Below, in pieces: positions 9,529 through 18,269 of a DNA stretch of 64,000 nt. How positions within the stretch are numbered: the first letter of the stretch is position 1; the number at the start of each line of letters is the position of its first letter. Under the pieces are notes generated by a model. It saw nothing but the letters and a program-made list of their open reading frames with translations, searched no databases and was not told the DNA's origin. The stretch covers positions 20,191 through 84,190 of the forward strand of contig CBDBNA010000012.1 in assembly GCA_965207695.1 (NCBI GenBank), written 5' to 3'. Made by a program: the position numbers and the translations under genes. The DNA comes from Dehalococcoidia bacterium (lineage in GTDB: Bacteria > Chloroflexota > Dehalococcoidia > Bin125).

Positions 9529-11217
9529 ATGCCCAGCGACGCCCCATCCGACGAGTCCGACGCGCCCGACCCCTGGGACGTGATCGTCGTGGGGGGCGGG
9601 CCGGGTGGCGCCGCGGCGGCCACGCTGCTGGCGCGGCAGGGATGGCGGGTGCTCTGCTGCGAGCGCGAGCGCTTCCCCCGGCCGCACGTGGGCGAATCGC
9701 TGCTGCCGGCGTCGCTGCCGATCCTCGACGCGCTCGGCGTGCTGGAGGCGGTCGAGCGTGAGGGCTTCGTCGAAAAGCCCGGCGCGACGATGGTCTGGGG
9801 CCGCGACACGGCCCCGTGGTCGTGGTATTTCCGCGAGACGAATCGGACACACTCGCACTCGTACCAGGTCTGGCGCCCCCGCTTCGATCAACTGCTGCTC
9901 GACAACGCGCGCGCCGCCGGCGTCGAGGTGCGGGAGGGCTGCCGCGTCGCGGAAGTGCTCTTCGACGGCGAGCGGGCGATCGGCGTCCGCATCGCCGGAG
10001 AAGCAGCCGGCAGCGCGGAGGAGCGGGCGCGCTTCGTCGTGGACGCCAGCGGGCAGGCGGGGTTGATCGCCCGCGCGCGGTCGTTGCGCCGCTACGACGA
10101 CGCCTTCCGCAACCTGGCCGTCTACGCCTACCACGAGGGCGCCGCCCACCTGCCGCCCCCCGACGCGGGCAACATCTTCATCGAGTCCACGCGCGACGGC
10201 TGGTGCTGGACGATCCCGCTGGGCGGCGGGCGCAACAGCGTGGGCGCCGTCGTCGACAGCGCGCGGGGGCAGCGCGGCATCGCCGAGTTGGGGACGGAGG
10301 GCTTCTACGAGGCGCAACTGGCCCTGGCCCCGCGCACGACGGCGCTGCTGGCCGGGGCGAGGCGCGTCGACGGGCCGCACGTCGCGCGCGACTGGTCGTA
10401 CGTCGCCGGGCGGCTGACCGGGGAGGCCCACGTGCTCGTGGGCGACGCCGCCTGCTTCGTCGATCCGCTGTTCTCGTCGGGCGTGCACCTGGCGCTGTCG
10501 TCGGCGGTGCTCGCGGCGGCCTACGTGACGACCTCGCTGCGCCGCCCCGAGATGGGCGCGGCCGCCGCGGCCGTCTATGCCGAGCTCTACCTCCAGCAGT
10601 ACGGGCACTTCCGGGAGCTGGCGCGCCTGTTCTACGCCAGCAACCGCTCCGTCGAGTCGTACTTCTGGGAGGCGCGCCGCATCGTGGGTGACGATGCGAG
10701 CACGCCCCGCGAGGCCTTCGTGCGGGCGGTGGCCGGGCAGCCCCCGCAGGGCTACGAGCGGGTCGTGCTGGAGCGCGGCGACGCCCCGGCCGACTTCGCC
10801 GGCGACGTGCACGCGCTGGAGTCGGAGCGGGCGGCGCGCCGCCGCGCCTGGGACGCGGCGCTGTCGGGCGGGCATCCGCCGGCGGCGCTGCTGGCGGCGA
10901 TCGCCCGGCCGACGGCCGGCGTGCGAGTGGAACGCAAGCCGGTGCTGGAGGGCGGCGAGTTCCTCTGGGGCGACGTGCTGGTCAGCGGCAGCCGCCCGGA
11001 AGGAACCCCGATCAGCCCCCTGGTCGCCCGGCTGCTGGCGGCGCTGGACGGACGGCGCAGCGTGGCCGGGGCGCTGGAGGACGTCGTTGCGGAGTTCCCC
11101 GCCGATCGGGCCGGACGGATGGGCGCGCCGCTGCTCACGACGCTGGGCATCCTCTACGTCGACGGCGTGATCGACGGGCTCGACGCGGCGCTCGGAGTCT
11201 CGTGCGAGGGTAACTGA
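9529..11217 (+). CDS. flavin-dependent halogenase-like FAD-binding protein (tryptophan-halogenase family)
   Basis: 562 aa. Contains an N-terminal GxGxxG (VVGGGPGGAAAA), HVGESLLP (the G-x-G-E-x-x-x-P halogenase motif) and GWCWTIPL, matching the W-x-W-x-I-P signature that distinguishes halogenases from FAD monooxygenases. Confidence 0.7.
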   Translation: MPSDAPSDESDAPDPWDVIVVGGGPGGAAAATLLARQGWRVLCCERERFPRPHVGESLLPASLPILDALGVLEAVEREGFVEKPGATMVWGRDTAPWSWYFRETNRTHSHSYQVWRPRFDQLLLDNARAAGVEVREGCRVAEVLFDGERAIGVRIAGEAAGSAEERARFVVDASGQAGLIARARSLRRYDDAFRNLAVYAYHEGAAHLPPPDAGNIFIESTRDGWCWTIPLGGGRNSVGAVVDSARGQRGIAELGTEGFYEAQLALAPRTTALLAGARRVDGPHVARDWSYVAGRLTGEAHVLVGDAACFVDPLFSSGVHLALSSAVLAAAYVTTSLRRPEMGAAAAAVYAELYLQQYGHFRELARLFYASNRSVESYFWEARRIVGDDASTPREAFVRAVAGQPPQGYERVVLERGDAPADFAGDVHALESERAARRRAWDAALSGGHPPAALLAAIARPTAGVRVERKPVLEGGEFLWGDVLVSGSRPEGTPISPLVARLLAALDGRRSVAGALEDVVAEFPADRAGRMGAPLLTTLGILYVDGVIDGLDAALGVSCEGN

Positions 11218-11280
11218 GACTGCTAGACTGCGGCCCCCGCGGGTCGACCGTGCGCGCGGGTCAGTTGAGGGAGCAGATCC

Positions 11281-12360
11281 ATGCGAGCCGCCGTCTACAA
11301 CGGACCACACGAGGAGCAGGTCTTCGAGGAACTCGATATCGCGGATCCGATTGGGTACGAGGTGCTCGTGCGCACGGCGGCCGCCGGGGTCTGCCACTCC
11401 GACCTGAAATTCGTCGATGGGCTCATGCCGCTGGAGGCTCCGGCGGTCCTGGGGCACGAGTCGGCGGGCGTCGTGGAGGCGGTGGGGCCGAACGTGACCG
11501 AAGTCGCGCCGGGCGATCACGTCATCGCTTGCCTGTCGGTCTTCTGCGGGCGCTGCGACCGCTGTCTGACCGGCGAGACGTACCTCTGCATGAAGCCACC
11601 GTCGCGCTCGCCCGAGGAGCCGCCGCGACTCTCGCTGAACGGGGAGCCGGTGGCGCAGTTCGTGAACGTCGGCGGGTTCGCGGAGCAGATGCTTCTGCAC
11701 GAGAGTGGGGTCGTGCGGATCGACACGGACGTGCCGTTCGACGCGGCGGCGCTGATCGGCTGCGGCGTGACGACGGGGATGGGCGCAGCCCTGAACACGG
11801 CCCGCGTCTCGCCCGGCTCGACGGTCGCGGTATACGGCGCGGGCGGCGTCGGCCTCTCGGCGATGCAGGGGGCGCGCATCGCGGGGGCGCGGATGATCAT
11901 CGCCGTGGACGTCGAGGAGCACAAGCTGCGCACGGCGCGCGATCTGGGCGCCACGCACGGCATCGACGCCTCGGCGGGGGATCCGGTGGAGCAGATCCGC
12001 GATCTGACGGGCGGCCAGGGCGTGGACTACTCGTTCGAGGCGATCGGGCTCAAGCGCACGCTGCAGCAGGCCTGCGACTCGATCCGCAACGGCGGCATGA
12101 CGACCGCGATCGGGGGGATCGAGCTCGACCAGAAACTCGAGATCTCGGCCGAGTGGTTGTTCCAGCGGACGCTGGTGGGCTCCGCGCTGGGCTCGAACCA
12201 CTTCAAGACCGACACGCCGAAGTACATCGAGTTCTACCGGCAGGGGCGGTTGAAGCTGGACGAGATGGTGACCAGGCGCGGCCGGCTCGAGGATCTGAAC
12301 GACGCGCTCGAGTCGATCCGGCAGCGGGAGGTCGCACGGACCGTCCTCATGTTCGACTGA
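11281..12360 (+). CDS. Zn-dependent alcohol dehydrogenase (MDR family), paralog 1
   Basis: 359 aa with GVCHSDLKF (catalytic Zn), a C-x-x-C-x-x-C-x7-C structural Zn motif (CGRCDRCLTGETYLC) and GAGGVGL (NAD binding). Confidence 0.9.
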   Translation: MRAAVYNGPHEEQVFEELDIADPIGYEVLVRTAAAGVCHSDLKFVDGLMPLEAPAVLGHESAGVVEAVGPNVTEVAPGDHVIACLSVFCGRCDRCLTGETYLCMKPPSRSPEEPPRLSLNGEPVAQFVNVGGFAEQMLLHESGVVRIDTDVPFDAAALIGCGVTTGMGAALNTARVSPGSTVAVYGAGGVGLSAMQGARIAGARMIIAVDVEEHKLRTARDLGATHGIDASAGDPVEQIRDLTGGQGVDYSFEAIGLKRTLQQACDSIRNGGMTTAIGGIELDQKLEISAEWLFQRTLVGSALGSNHFKTDTPKYIEFYRQGRLKLDEMVTRRGRLEDLNDALESIRQREVARTVLMFD

Positions 12361-12461
12361 CGCCGCCCGAGCCTGAAGTCTCGCGCGGGGGCAATTGAGA
12401 CTGCTAGACTGCGGCCCCCGCGGGCCGACCGCGCGCGCGGGCCAGCCGAGGGAGCAGAGCA

Positions 12462-13541
12462 ATGCGAGCCGCCGTCTACCACGCACCACACGAGGAGCAG
12501 GTCTTCCAAGAGGTCGACGTCGCGGAGCCGATTGGGCGCGAGGTGCTCGTGCGCACCGTGGCCAGCGGCGTCTGCCACTCCGACCTGCACTTCGTCGATG
12601 GACTCTGGCCCATCGAGGGTCCGGCGATCCTGGGACACGAGTCGGCCGGCATCGTTGAGGCCGTGGGGCCGCACGTGACCGAGGTCGAGCCGGGCGATCA
12701 CGTCATCGCCTGTCTGTCGGTCTTCTGCGGCCGCTGCGACCGCTGTCTGACCGGCGAGACGTACATCTGCGAGAGCCGCCCGACGCGATCGCCCGAGGAG
12801 CCGCCGCGCCTCTCGCTGGACGGCAAGCCGGTGGCGCAGTTCGCGGAGGTCGGCGGCTACGCGGAGCAGATGCTCCTGCACGAAAGCGGCGTGGTGCCGA
12901 TCGACAAGGACGTGCCGTTCGACATCGCGGCGCTGATCGGCTGCGGCGTGACGACGGGGGTGGGCGCGGCCCTCAACACGGCCCGCGTGAAGCCGGGCTC
13001 GACGGTCGCCGTGTACGGCGCGGGCGGCGTGGGCCTCTCGGTGATCCAGGGCGCGCGCATCGCGGGGGCGCGGATGATCATCGCCGTGGACGTCGAGGAG
13101 CACAAGCTGCGTACGGCGCGCGACCTGGGCGCCACGCACAGCGTCGACGCCACGGCGGGCGACCCGGTCGAGCAGATCCGCGATCTGACGGGCGGTGGGG
13201 GCGTGGACTTCTCGTTCGAGGCGATCGGGCTCAAGCGCACGGTCGAGCAGGCCTTCCAGTCGATCCGTAACGGCGGCATGACGACGTCGATCGGGATGGT
13301 CCCGCTGGGCGAGAAGCTCGAGATTCCCGCCGAGTGGATCTACCAGCGGACGCTGGTGGGCTCCGCGCTGGGCTCGAACCACTTCAAGGTCGACATGCCG
13401 AACTACATCGAGTTCTACCGCCAGGGCCGGCTGAAGCTGGACGAGATGGTGACCAAGCGCGGCCGGTTGGAGGACCTGAACGACGCCTTCGAGTCGATCC
13501 GGCAGCGCGAGGTCTCGCGAACCGTCCTGATGTTCGACTGA
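12462..13541 (+). CDS. Zn-dependent alcohol dehydrogenase (MDR family), paralog 2 (tandem duplicate)
   Basis: 359 aa, about 85% identical to the upstream paralog, with the same motifs. The ~60-nt leader is also duplicated. Confidence 0.9.
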   Translation: MRAAVYHAPHEEQVFQEVDVAEPIGREVLVRTVASGVCHSDLHFVDGLWPIEGPAILGHESAGIVEAVGPHVTEVEPGDHVIACLSVFCGRCDRCLTGETYICESRPTRSPEEPPRLSLDGKPVAQFAEVGGYAEQMLLHESGVVPIDKDVPFDIAALIGCGVTTGVGAALNTARVKPGSTVAVYGAGGVGLSVIQGARIAGARMIIAVDVEEHKLRTARDLGATHSVDATAGDPVEQIRDLTGGGGVDFSFEAIGLKRTVEQAFQSIRNGGMTTSIGMVPLGEKLEIPAEWIYQRTLVGSALGSNHFKVDMPNYIEFYRQGRLKLDEMVTKRGRLEDLNDAFESIRQREVSRTVLMFD

Positions 13542-13589
13542 CGCGCCGTGGTGCGGCTGCGGTCCGCGTAGCGTCGTGACGCCCGGCGG

Positions 13590-14060
13590 CTAGCGCTCCG
13601 TCACCTCCGCCGAGCACGTGACGTCGATCGCGTCCTTGACGCTCTCGTGCGCCGGGCAGGCCGCCGGGTGCACGCGCAGCGCCCGATCGAACGCCTCACG
13701 CTGCCCGGCCGGGATGGACGCGTGGTAGGTCACGTGGATCTTCGTGATGCGGATGGTGTCGTTGCCCGTCCCCTCGATGGTTCCCTCGACGTCGGCGGTG
13801 TAGCTGGACCGGTCGAACTCGACCTTGCGGGCGCTCAGCGCACGCGCGAGCGTGCCGTACATTCAACCGCCCACCGCCGCCACGATGTGGTCCAGCGTCG
13901 CGGCGATGGGCGGGCCCTCTCCGACGCCGTAGTACTCGCGCAGGGCGCCCTGCACGCCGTAGGGCACCGGCTCCGGCACCTCGCCCAGGTAGGCGTGCCG
14001 CAGGCCGCCCTGGAACTCCAGGCGGGTCTTGCTGATGTAGGTGAAGCCGTCGTCCGGCAT
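13590..14060 (-). CDS. OsmC/Ohr-family peroxiredoxin with in-frame TGA at the catalytic Cys position (candidate selenoprotein; alternatively pseudogene)
   Basis: Track ORFs 13863..14060 and 13590..13862 are in the same frame, separated only by TGA (13863-13865, minus strand). The joined product ..PYGVQGALREYYGVGEGPPIAATLDHIVAAVGG[TGA]MYGTLARAL.. ..RVHPAACPAHESVKDAIDV aligns with E. coli OsmC (..[34 protein letters not shown].. ..KAKAGCPVSQVLKAEITL). The TGA sits exactly where the peroxidatic Cys belongs and the second Cys-Pro is intact. Confidence 0.6.
13832..13852 (-). other. candidate bacterial SECIS-like hairpin downstream of the in-frame UGA
   Basis: The mRNA reads UGA-AUGUACGGCA-CGCUCGCG[CGUG]CGC(U)GAGCG: an 8-bp GC stem with one bulged U and an apical loop CGUG. 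The loop lies 19-22 nt after UGA, within the 16-37 nt window described for bSECIS elements. Confidence 0.35.
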
Positions 14061-14094
14061 GGCACGCTCCCTTCCCGGGAATCCGACCCGCAGG

Positions 14095-14478
14095 CTAGCG
14101 CAGCGGCGCCACGCGGCGGCTGCGGAAGCGCCACTCTTCGCCGACGCTGACCAGGTCGTCCTCGTAGGCGAGCAGCCAGATGTCGGTGCGCCCCTCGACC
14201 GGCACCTGGAAGCTGAGGAAGCAGCGGTGGCGGACGCCGTCGGCCGTGCGCTCGAAGAGGTGGTTGTCGGTGAAGTGCATCGCGCCGGGGAACTGCTCGG
14301 CGAGTTGATCGCAGAAGGCCACGAGCGCGTCGCGCCCCTCGGCGTGGCCGGCGGGGCCGTCGAAGACGCCGTCGGCCGTGAAGGTGTCGGCCCAGGCCTC
14401 CGAGGCGCCGGTATCGATCGCGTAGTTGTAGCGGGCGCAGAGATCGAGGATGGCGAGGCGGTCGTCGGTCGAGATCAT
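14095..14478 (-). CDS. SnoaL-like / NTF2-like domain protein
   Basis: The probable start is the internal Met (MISTDDRLAILDLCARYNYAIDTG..). The pattern DRLAI.DL..RY..A.D, typical of SnoaL-like polyketide cyclase / DUF4440 folds, is present. Confidence 0.6.
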   Translation of the reverse strand: MISTDDRLAILDLCARYNYAIDTGASEAWADTFTADGVFDGPAGHAEGRDALVAFCDQLAEQFPGAMHFTDNHLFERTADGVRHRCFLSFQVPVEGRTDIWLLAYEDDLVSVGEEWRFRSRRVAPLR

Positions 14479-14518
14479 GGGTCGCTGCGCTCTCCCGGCC
14501 GCGGTGCGGCTCCGCCGG

Positions 14519-15607
14519 CTACTCAAGCGTCTCGATGTGCTCCCGCCGCAGGCGCTCCCAGTCGATCTCGTAGCCGAGGCCGGGCTCGGTGGGGGCGTGC
14601 ACGACGCCGCCGGTCATGTCGATCTCCTCGGCGAGGCCGTACTGCATGTCGCCGGTGCAGGGGAAGAACTCGAAGAACTCGCAGTTGGGGACGGCCATCG
14701 TGACGTGCAGGTTGGCGACGTTGTTGAGCGAGTTGCCGCCGTGGTGGATCTCGCACTTCATGTTGAAGCCCTCGGCCAGGTGGCAGAGCCGTACCGTGGG
14801 CGTGATGCCGCCGGTCACCGCGACGTCGCCGCGCAGGTAGTCGGTGGCCTGTTGCGTGATCCACTGCGCCATACCGTAGAACCGGCCGGGCGCGTTCTCC
14901 GTCGACATGATGGGGATGTCTAGCTTCTGGTGCAGCTTGACGTAGTTGTAGACGTCCTCCGCGACGAGTGGATCCTCGTACCAGTAGAAGCCCAGATCCT
15001 CGATGGCGCGGCCGACGCGCAGCGCGTCCTCGTACTGGTAGGACCACATGGAGTCGAGCATCAGGATCATGTCGTCGCCGACGGCCTCCCGCACGGCGGC
15101 GCAGATCTCGACGTCGGCGCGGGGCTCGGTGTGGGGGTGGATCTTGTGGGCGATCCAGCCGGCGTCGCGGAAGCGCAGCGCCTCCTCCTGGTACTCCTCG
15201 GGGGTCTCCCAGTAGGCCGTGCTGGAGTAGGCGGGCACCGACTCCTTGCAGGTCCCCAGCAGCCGGTGGATGGGCTGGCCGGCGATCTTGCCGTTGATGT
15301 CCCACAGGCAGATATCGATGGCGCCCATGACGGACGTGTGCAGCGAGTAGCTCATCTTCCAGAGGTCGCGCCAGATCGCGCCGATGTCCTGGGGGTCGCG
15401 GCCCATGACCGTGGGCTTGGCGTAGGCGATCAGGCTGCGGGCGTGGTACTGGGGCCGGCTGAGGAACGCGTGACCGCTGATCCCCTCGTCGGTTGAGACG
15501 GTGACCACGCCGAGTTGGTCGTTCCCTCCGAAGCGTCTGCCGGCCCCGACCTGCCAAGCATCGACCGGCCAGTTCACGACCTGCACGGTGACGTTCGTGA
15601 TCCGCAC
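14519..15607 (-). CDS. mandelate racemase/muconate lactonizing enzyme (enolase superfamily) protein
   Basis: 362 aa with an MR/MLE N-terminal capping domain and a TIM barrel carrying metal ligands (..ICLWDINGK.., ..MLDSMWSY.., ..YWYEDP..). Confidence 0.8.
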   Translation of the reverse strand: MRITNVTVQVVNWPVDAWQVGAGRRFGGNDQLGVVTVSTDEGISGHAFLSRPQYHARSLIAYAKPTVMGRDPQDIGAIWRDLWKMSYSLHTSVMGAIDICLWDINGKIAGQPIHRLLGTCKESVPAYSSTAYWETPEEYQEEALRFRDAGWIAHKIHPHTEPRADVEICAAVREAVGDDMILMLDSMWSYQYEDALRVGRAIEDLGFYWYEDPLVAEDVYNYVKLHQKLDIPIMSTENAPGRFYGMAQWITQQATDYLRGDVAVTGGITPTVRLCHLAEGFNMKCEIHHGGNSLNNVANLHVTMAVPNCEFFEFFPCTGDMQYGLAEEIDMTGGVVHAPTEPGLGYEIDWERLRREHIETLE

Positions 15608-15799
15608 GGCATCCTCCAGTGCGCCGGCCGCGATGGCGGCGCGCTCGCCGGGCGCGACTTGGGATGCGCGCCCGGCCGGCGAAGTCTAGCCCAGGATGAT
15701 GGGGGCGGCCCCTGTCGGCCCCCACCGCACCGCCGCCTGGTGTTTGCGGCCCGTCCCCGGTGGCGCGCAGACTGCCGCCGCCAATCGAAGGGGAGAGCC

Positions 15800-16888
15800 A
15801 TGCGCACCAAGTCCGCGATCTTCTACGCCGCGCACGAGCCGATCCGGGTGGAGGAGGTGGAACTCGACCCGCCGCAGCACCGCGAGCTGCTGGTCCGCGT
15901 CGCGGCGACGGGCGCCTGCCACAGCGACTACCACGCCGTGGACGGCCACCTCACGATGTCCACGTCGTTCGTGATGGGACACGAGGGAGCCGGAGTCGTG
16001 GAAGGGCTCGGCCCCGGCGTGAGCGGGTTCGAGCCCGGCGACCATGTGGTGTTCGCGATCCGGCCGATGTGCGGCTGGTGCGAGTACTGCAGCAGCGGTC
16101 GCCCCAACCTCTGCAACGGCATCACCGCGCCACCGGGGCGGCGGATGGACGGCAAGACCCGCTTCCACACGCTCGACGGCGACCCAGTGCTGCACGGGGC
16201 GGCGACCTTCTCGCAGTACACGGTGGTCCCGGAGTGGGAACTCGTCAAAGTGACGGACGCGGTACCCATCGAGCGGCTGGCGTCGCTCGGCTGCGCGGTG
16301 ACCACGGGGGTCGGAGCGGTGGTGCGAACCGCCCAGGTCCACGCGGGGGCGACGGTGGCGGTCTGGGGCTGCGGCGGCGTGGGGCTCAACGTGGTGCAGG
16401 GGGCGGCGATCGCCGGGGCGAGCCGCATCATCGCGATCGACCTGGCGCCGCGCAAGCTGGAATTCGCGACCCAGTTCGGCGCGACGGACACGATTAACGC
16501 CTCGGACGTCGACCCCGTGGAGGCGGTGCGCGATCTGACCGGCGGCGGCGTGGAGTACGCCTTCGAGGTGATCGGCAAGGCGCCGACCGTCCGCCAGGCG
16601 TTCGAGGCGACACGGCCGGGGGGCACGGCCTGCGCGGTGGGCGTGCCGCCGACGGGCAGCGAAGTGTCGATCCCGATGGAGCCGCTCTTCCTCGACCGGC
16701 GTCTGATCGGATCCTCGTCCGGCAGCGCCAGCCCGCGGGTCGATTTCCCCTGGTTCATCGAGCTGTACCAGCAGGGACGGCTGAAGCTGGACGAGTTGTA
16801 CTCGCGCTTCCGGCCGCTCGACGAGATCAACGAGGCCTTCGAGGACATGCTCTCGGGCGAGGTCGCGCGGAGTATCATCCTGCCGTAA
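15800..16888 (+). CDS. Zn-dependent alcohol dehydrogenase (MDR family), paralog 3
   Basis: Track ORF 15515..16888; the likely start is Met96 (MRTKSAIFYAAHEP..), preceded by the gaagggga RBS. Contains GACHSDYHA, CGWCEYCSSGRPNLC and GCGGVGL. Confidence 0.85.
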   Translation: MRTKSAIFYAAHEPIRVEEVELDPPQHRELLVRVAATGACHSDYHAVDGHLTMSTSFVMGHEGAGVVEGLGPGVSGFEPGDHVVFAIRPMCGWCEYCSSGRPNLCNGITAPPGRRMDGKTRFHTLDGDPVLHGAATFSQYTVVPEWELVKVTDAVPIERLASLGCAVTTGVGAVVRTAQVHAGATVAVWGCGGVGLNVVQGAAIAGASRIIAIDLAPRKLEFATQFGATDTINASDVDPVEAVRDLTGGGVEYAFEVIGKAPTVRQAFEATRPGGTACAVGVPPTGSEVSIPMEPLFLDRRLIGSSSGSASPRVDFPWFIELYQQGRLKLDELYSRFRPLDEINEAFEDMLSGEVARSIILP

Positions 16889-17149
16889 GGACGGCGCGTG
16901 AGGTTCGTGCGCGAGCTGCGTCGCCGCTGGCGCGGGAACGACGCCGCGCCGCCGCCTCGCAGCGACTACCTCTGGAATCCCGCCGACCCGCGCAGCTTCC
17001 AGGCGCTGCGCGAGTCCGGCGGCGCCGTGGCCGCGGGGCCCCGCCCGCGGGCGCAGCGGGCGGTCGCGCGGGACGACGGCGCGTCGGAGCGGCTCGATCC
17101 GCTGGAGCGGGTTCCGGGACTGGGCATTCGGCGCGTGCTGCGGCGCCGC

Positions 17150-18196
17150 ATGGTGCTGGGCGTGGCCGCCGCGTGCGGGGTGGTCGCGGCGGCGCTGACC
17201 GTGGTGTCCGTCGTCGCTCCCGAGGGGGCGCCCGCCGGCGTCGCTGCCCCGCCGGCCCAGGCGGATGCCGGCACGGCGTCGCAGGAGCAAACGGCCGCCG
17301 CCGCCCCGGCCGACGGAACGACCGCGCCGCCGGCCGTCACGACCGCCGAGGCCGAGGCGCAGTACCTGCAGGCCGTGCACGACGTCTCGTGGAAGGTGCG
17401 CGGTCAGCTGGAGTCGATCTTCGAGGAGGGACTTCGGTACCCCGGCCGCGGCAGCTGGCACTGGGCCAGGCGGGACGACCGCGTTTTCGCGCGGCCGCTG
17501 GCGCACAGCGGCGTCGCGCTGCAGTACGGGCTCGACGCGCTCGCGGCGATCACGCCGCCGGACCGCTTCGCGGCCGATCACGCCGTCCTGCAGGGCTACT
17601 ACGCAGCGGCCATCGATCGCAGCCGGATCGGCCCGCGAACCGGGGAGGGGCGGGACCGACATGCCTTCCTGCTGGCCGGGGTCGATCTGCAGCGCCTGGA
17701 GCGCATCAGCGCGGCCCGGCTGAGCGAGGCGGCCTGCCAGACGTTCGTGGGACCGCTGCCGTTCTGCTGGCAGCCGGCGACCATCCCGGGCGGCGCCTAC
17801 GGCGCATCGGTCAACGCGGCGATCCGGGAGCTCGCGGCGCCGCGGCTGCCGGGCGACGAGCCGCCGCCGCTGCCGCACCTGACCCCCGAGGAGGACCGCG
17901 CCCTGGCCGAGGCCCGGCTCGCGGCGCGCTCCGCCGATCTGCGCCGCGCCCGGACGACGCTGCGCGTGCTGCAACCGCCGCCGGAGTTCCAGGCCGAGCA
18001 CGCGGCCCTGCTGGAGACGCTGGCGCTGCTCGCCGGCCGGATGGAGATCGAGCGGAACCAGCACGGTGCGCACATCGTGGCCACGGAGTGGGCCGCGCGG
18101 GAGGGCATCTGCCTGGTGGAGCGGACGTTCTCGCCGGCGTTCCGCGCGATCGCGCCGTTGCAACTGCTGGCGCCGGAGCGTCCTTGCCGCCGCTGA
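17150..18196 (+). CDS. hypothetical membrane-anchored protein
   Basis: ORF 16898..18196. A single predicted TM helix (MVLGVAAACGVVAAALTVVSVVA) is followed by an Ala/Pro-rich linker and a ~300-aa domain without recognisable motifs. The start is uncertain (16898-17150). Confidence 0.4.
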   Translation: MVLGVAAACGVVAAALTVVSVVAPEGAPAGVAAPPAQADAGTASQEQTAAAAPADGTTAPPAVTTAEAEAQYLQAVHDVSWKVRGQLESIFEEGLRYPGRGSWHWARRDDRVFARPLAHSGVALQYGLDALAAITPPDRFAADHAVLQGYYAAAIDRSRIGPRTGEGRDRHAFLLAGVDLQRLERISAARLSEAACQTFVGPLPFCWQPATIPGGAYGASVNAAIRELAAPRLPGDEPPPLPHLTPEEDRALAEARLAARSADLRRARTTLRVLQPPPEFQAEHAALLETLALLAGRMEIERNQHGAHIVATEWAAREGICLVERTFSPAFRAIAPLQLLAPERPCRR

Positions 18197-18269
18197 CAGC
18201 CGTCGTCGGCCGGCGCGGAGAGATAGGCTGGGAGCACTCCCCGGCGCACCGGGCCGGGCGGGGGTGCGC

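Noticed and set aside
8488-12489. 1333-aa minus-strand ORF, plus similar giants (6207..9761 +, 15686..18319 -, 19387..23046 +, 46812..49475 -, 46895..50791 +)
   Set aside because: These are antisense or out-of-frame read-through ORFs typical of ~70% GC DNA. Their translations are Arg/Pro/Ala/Gly-rich low complexity, they overlap multiple well-supported genes on the other strand or frame, and they lack any motif.
13863-13865. Treating the in-frame TGA in the OsmC gene as an ordinary stop (two separate small genes)
   Set aside because: Neither half is a complete OsmC fold on its own. The N-terminal half lacks any stop context and the C-terminal half begins exactly one residue after the missing catalytic Cys. 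A single interrupted gene (Sec or pseudogene) is the only coherent reading.
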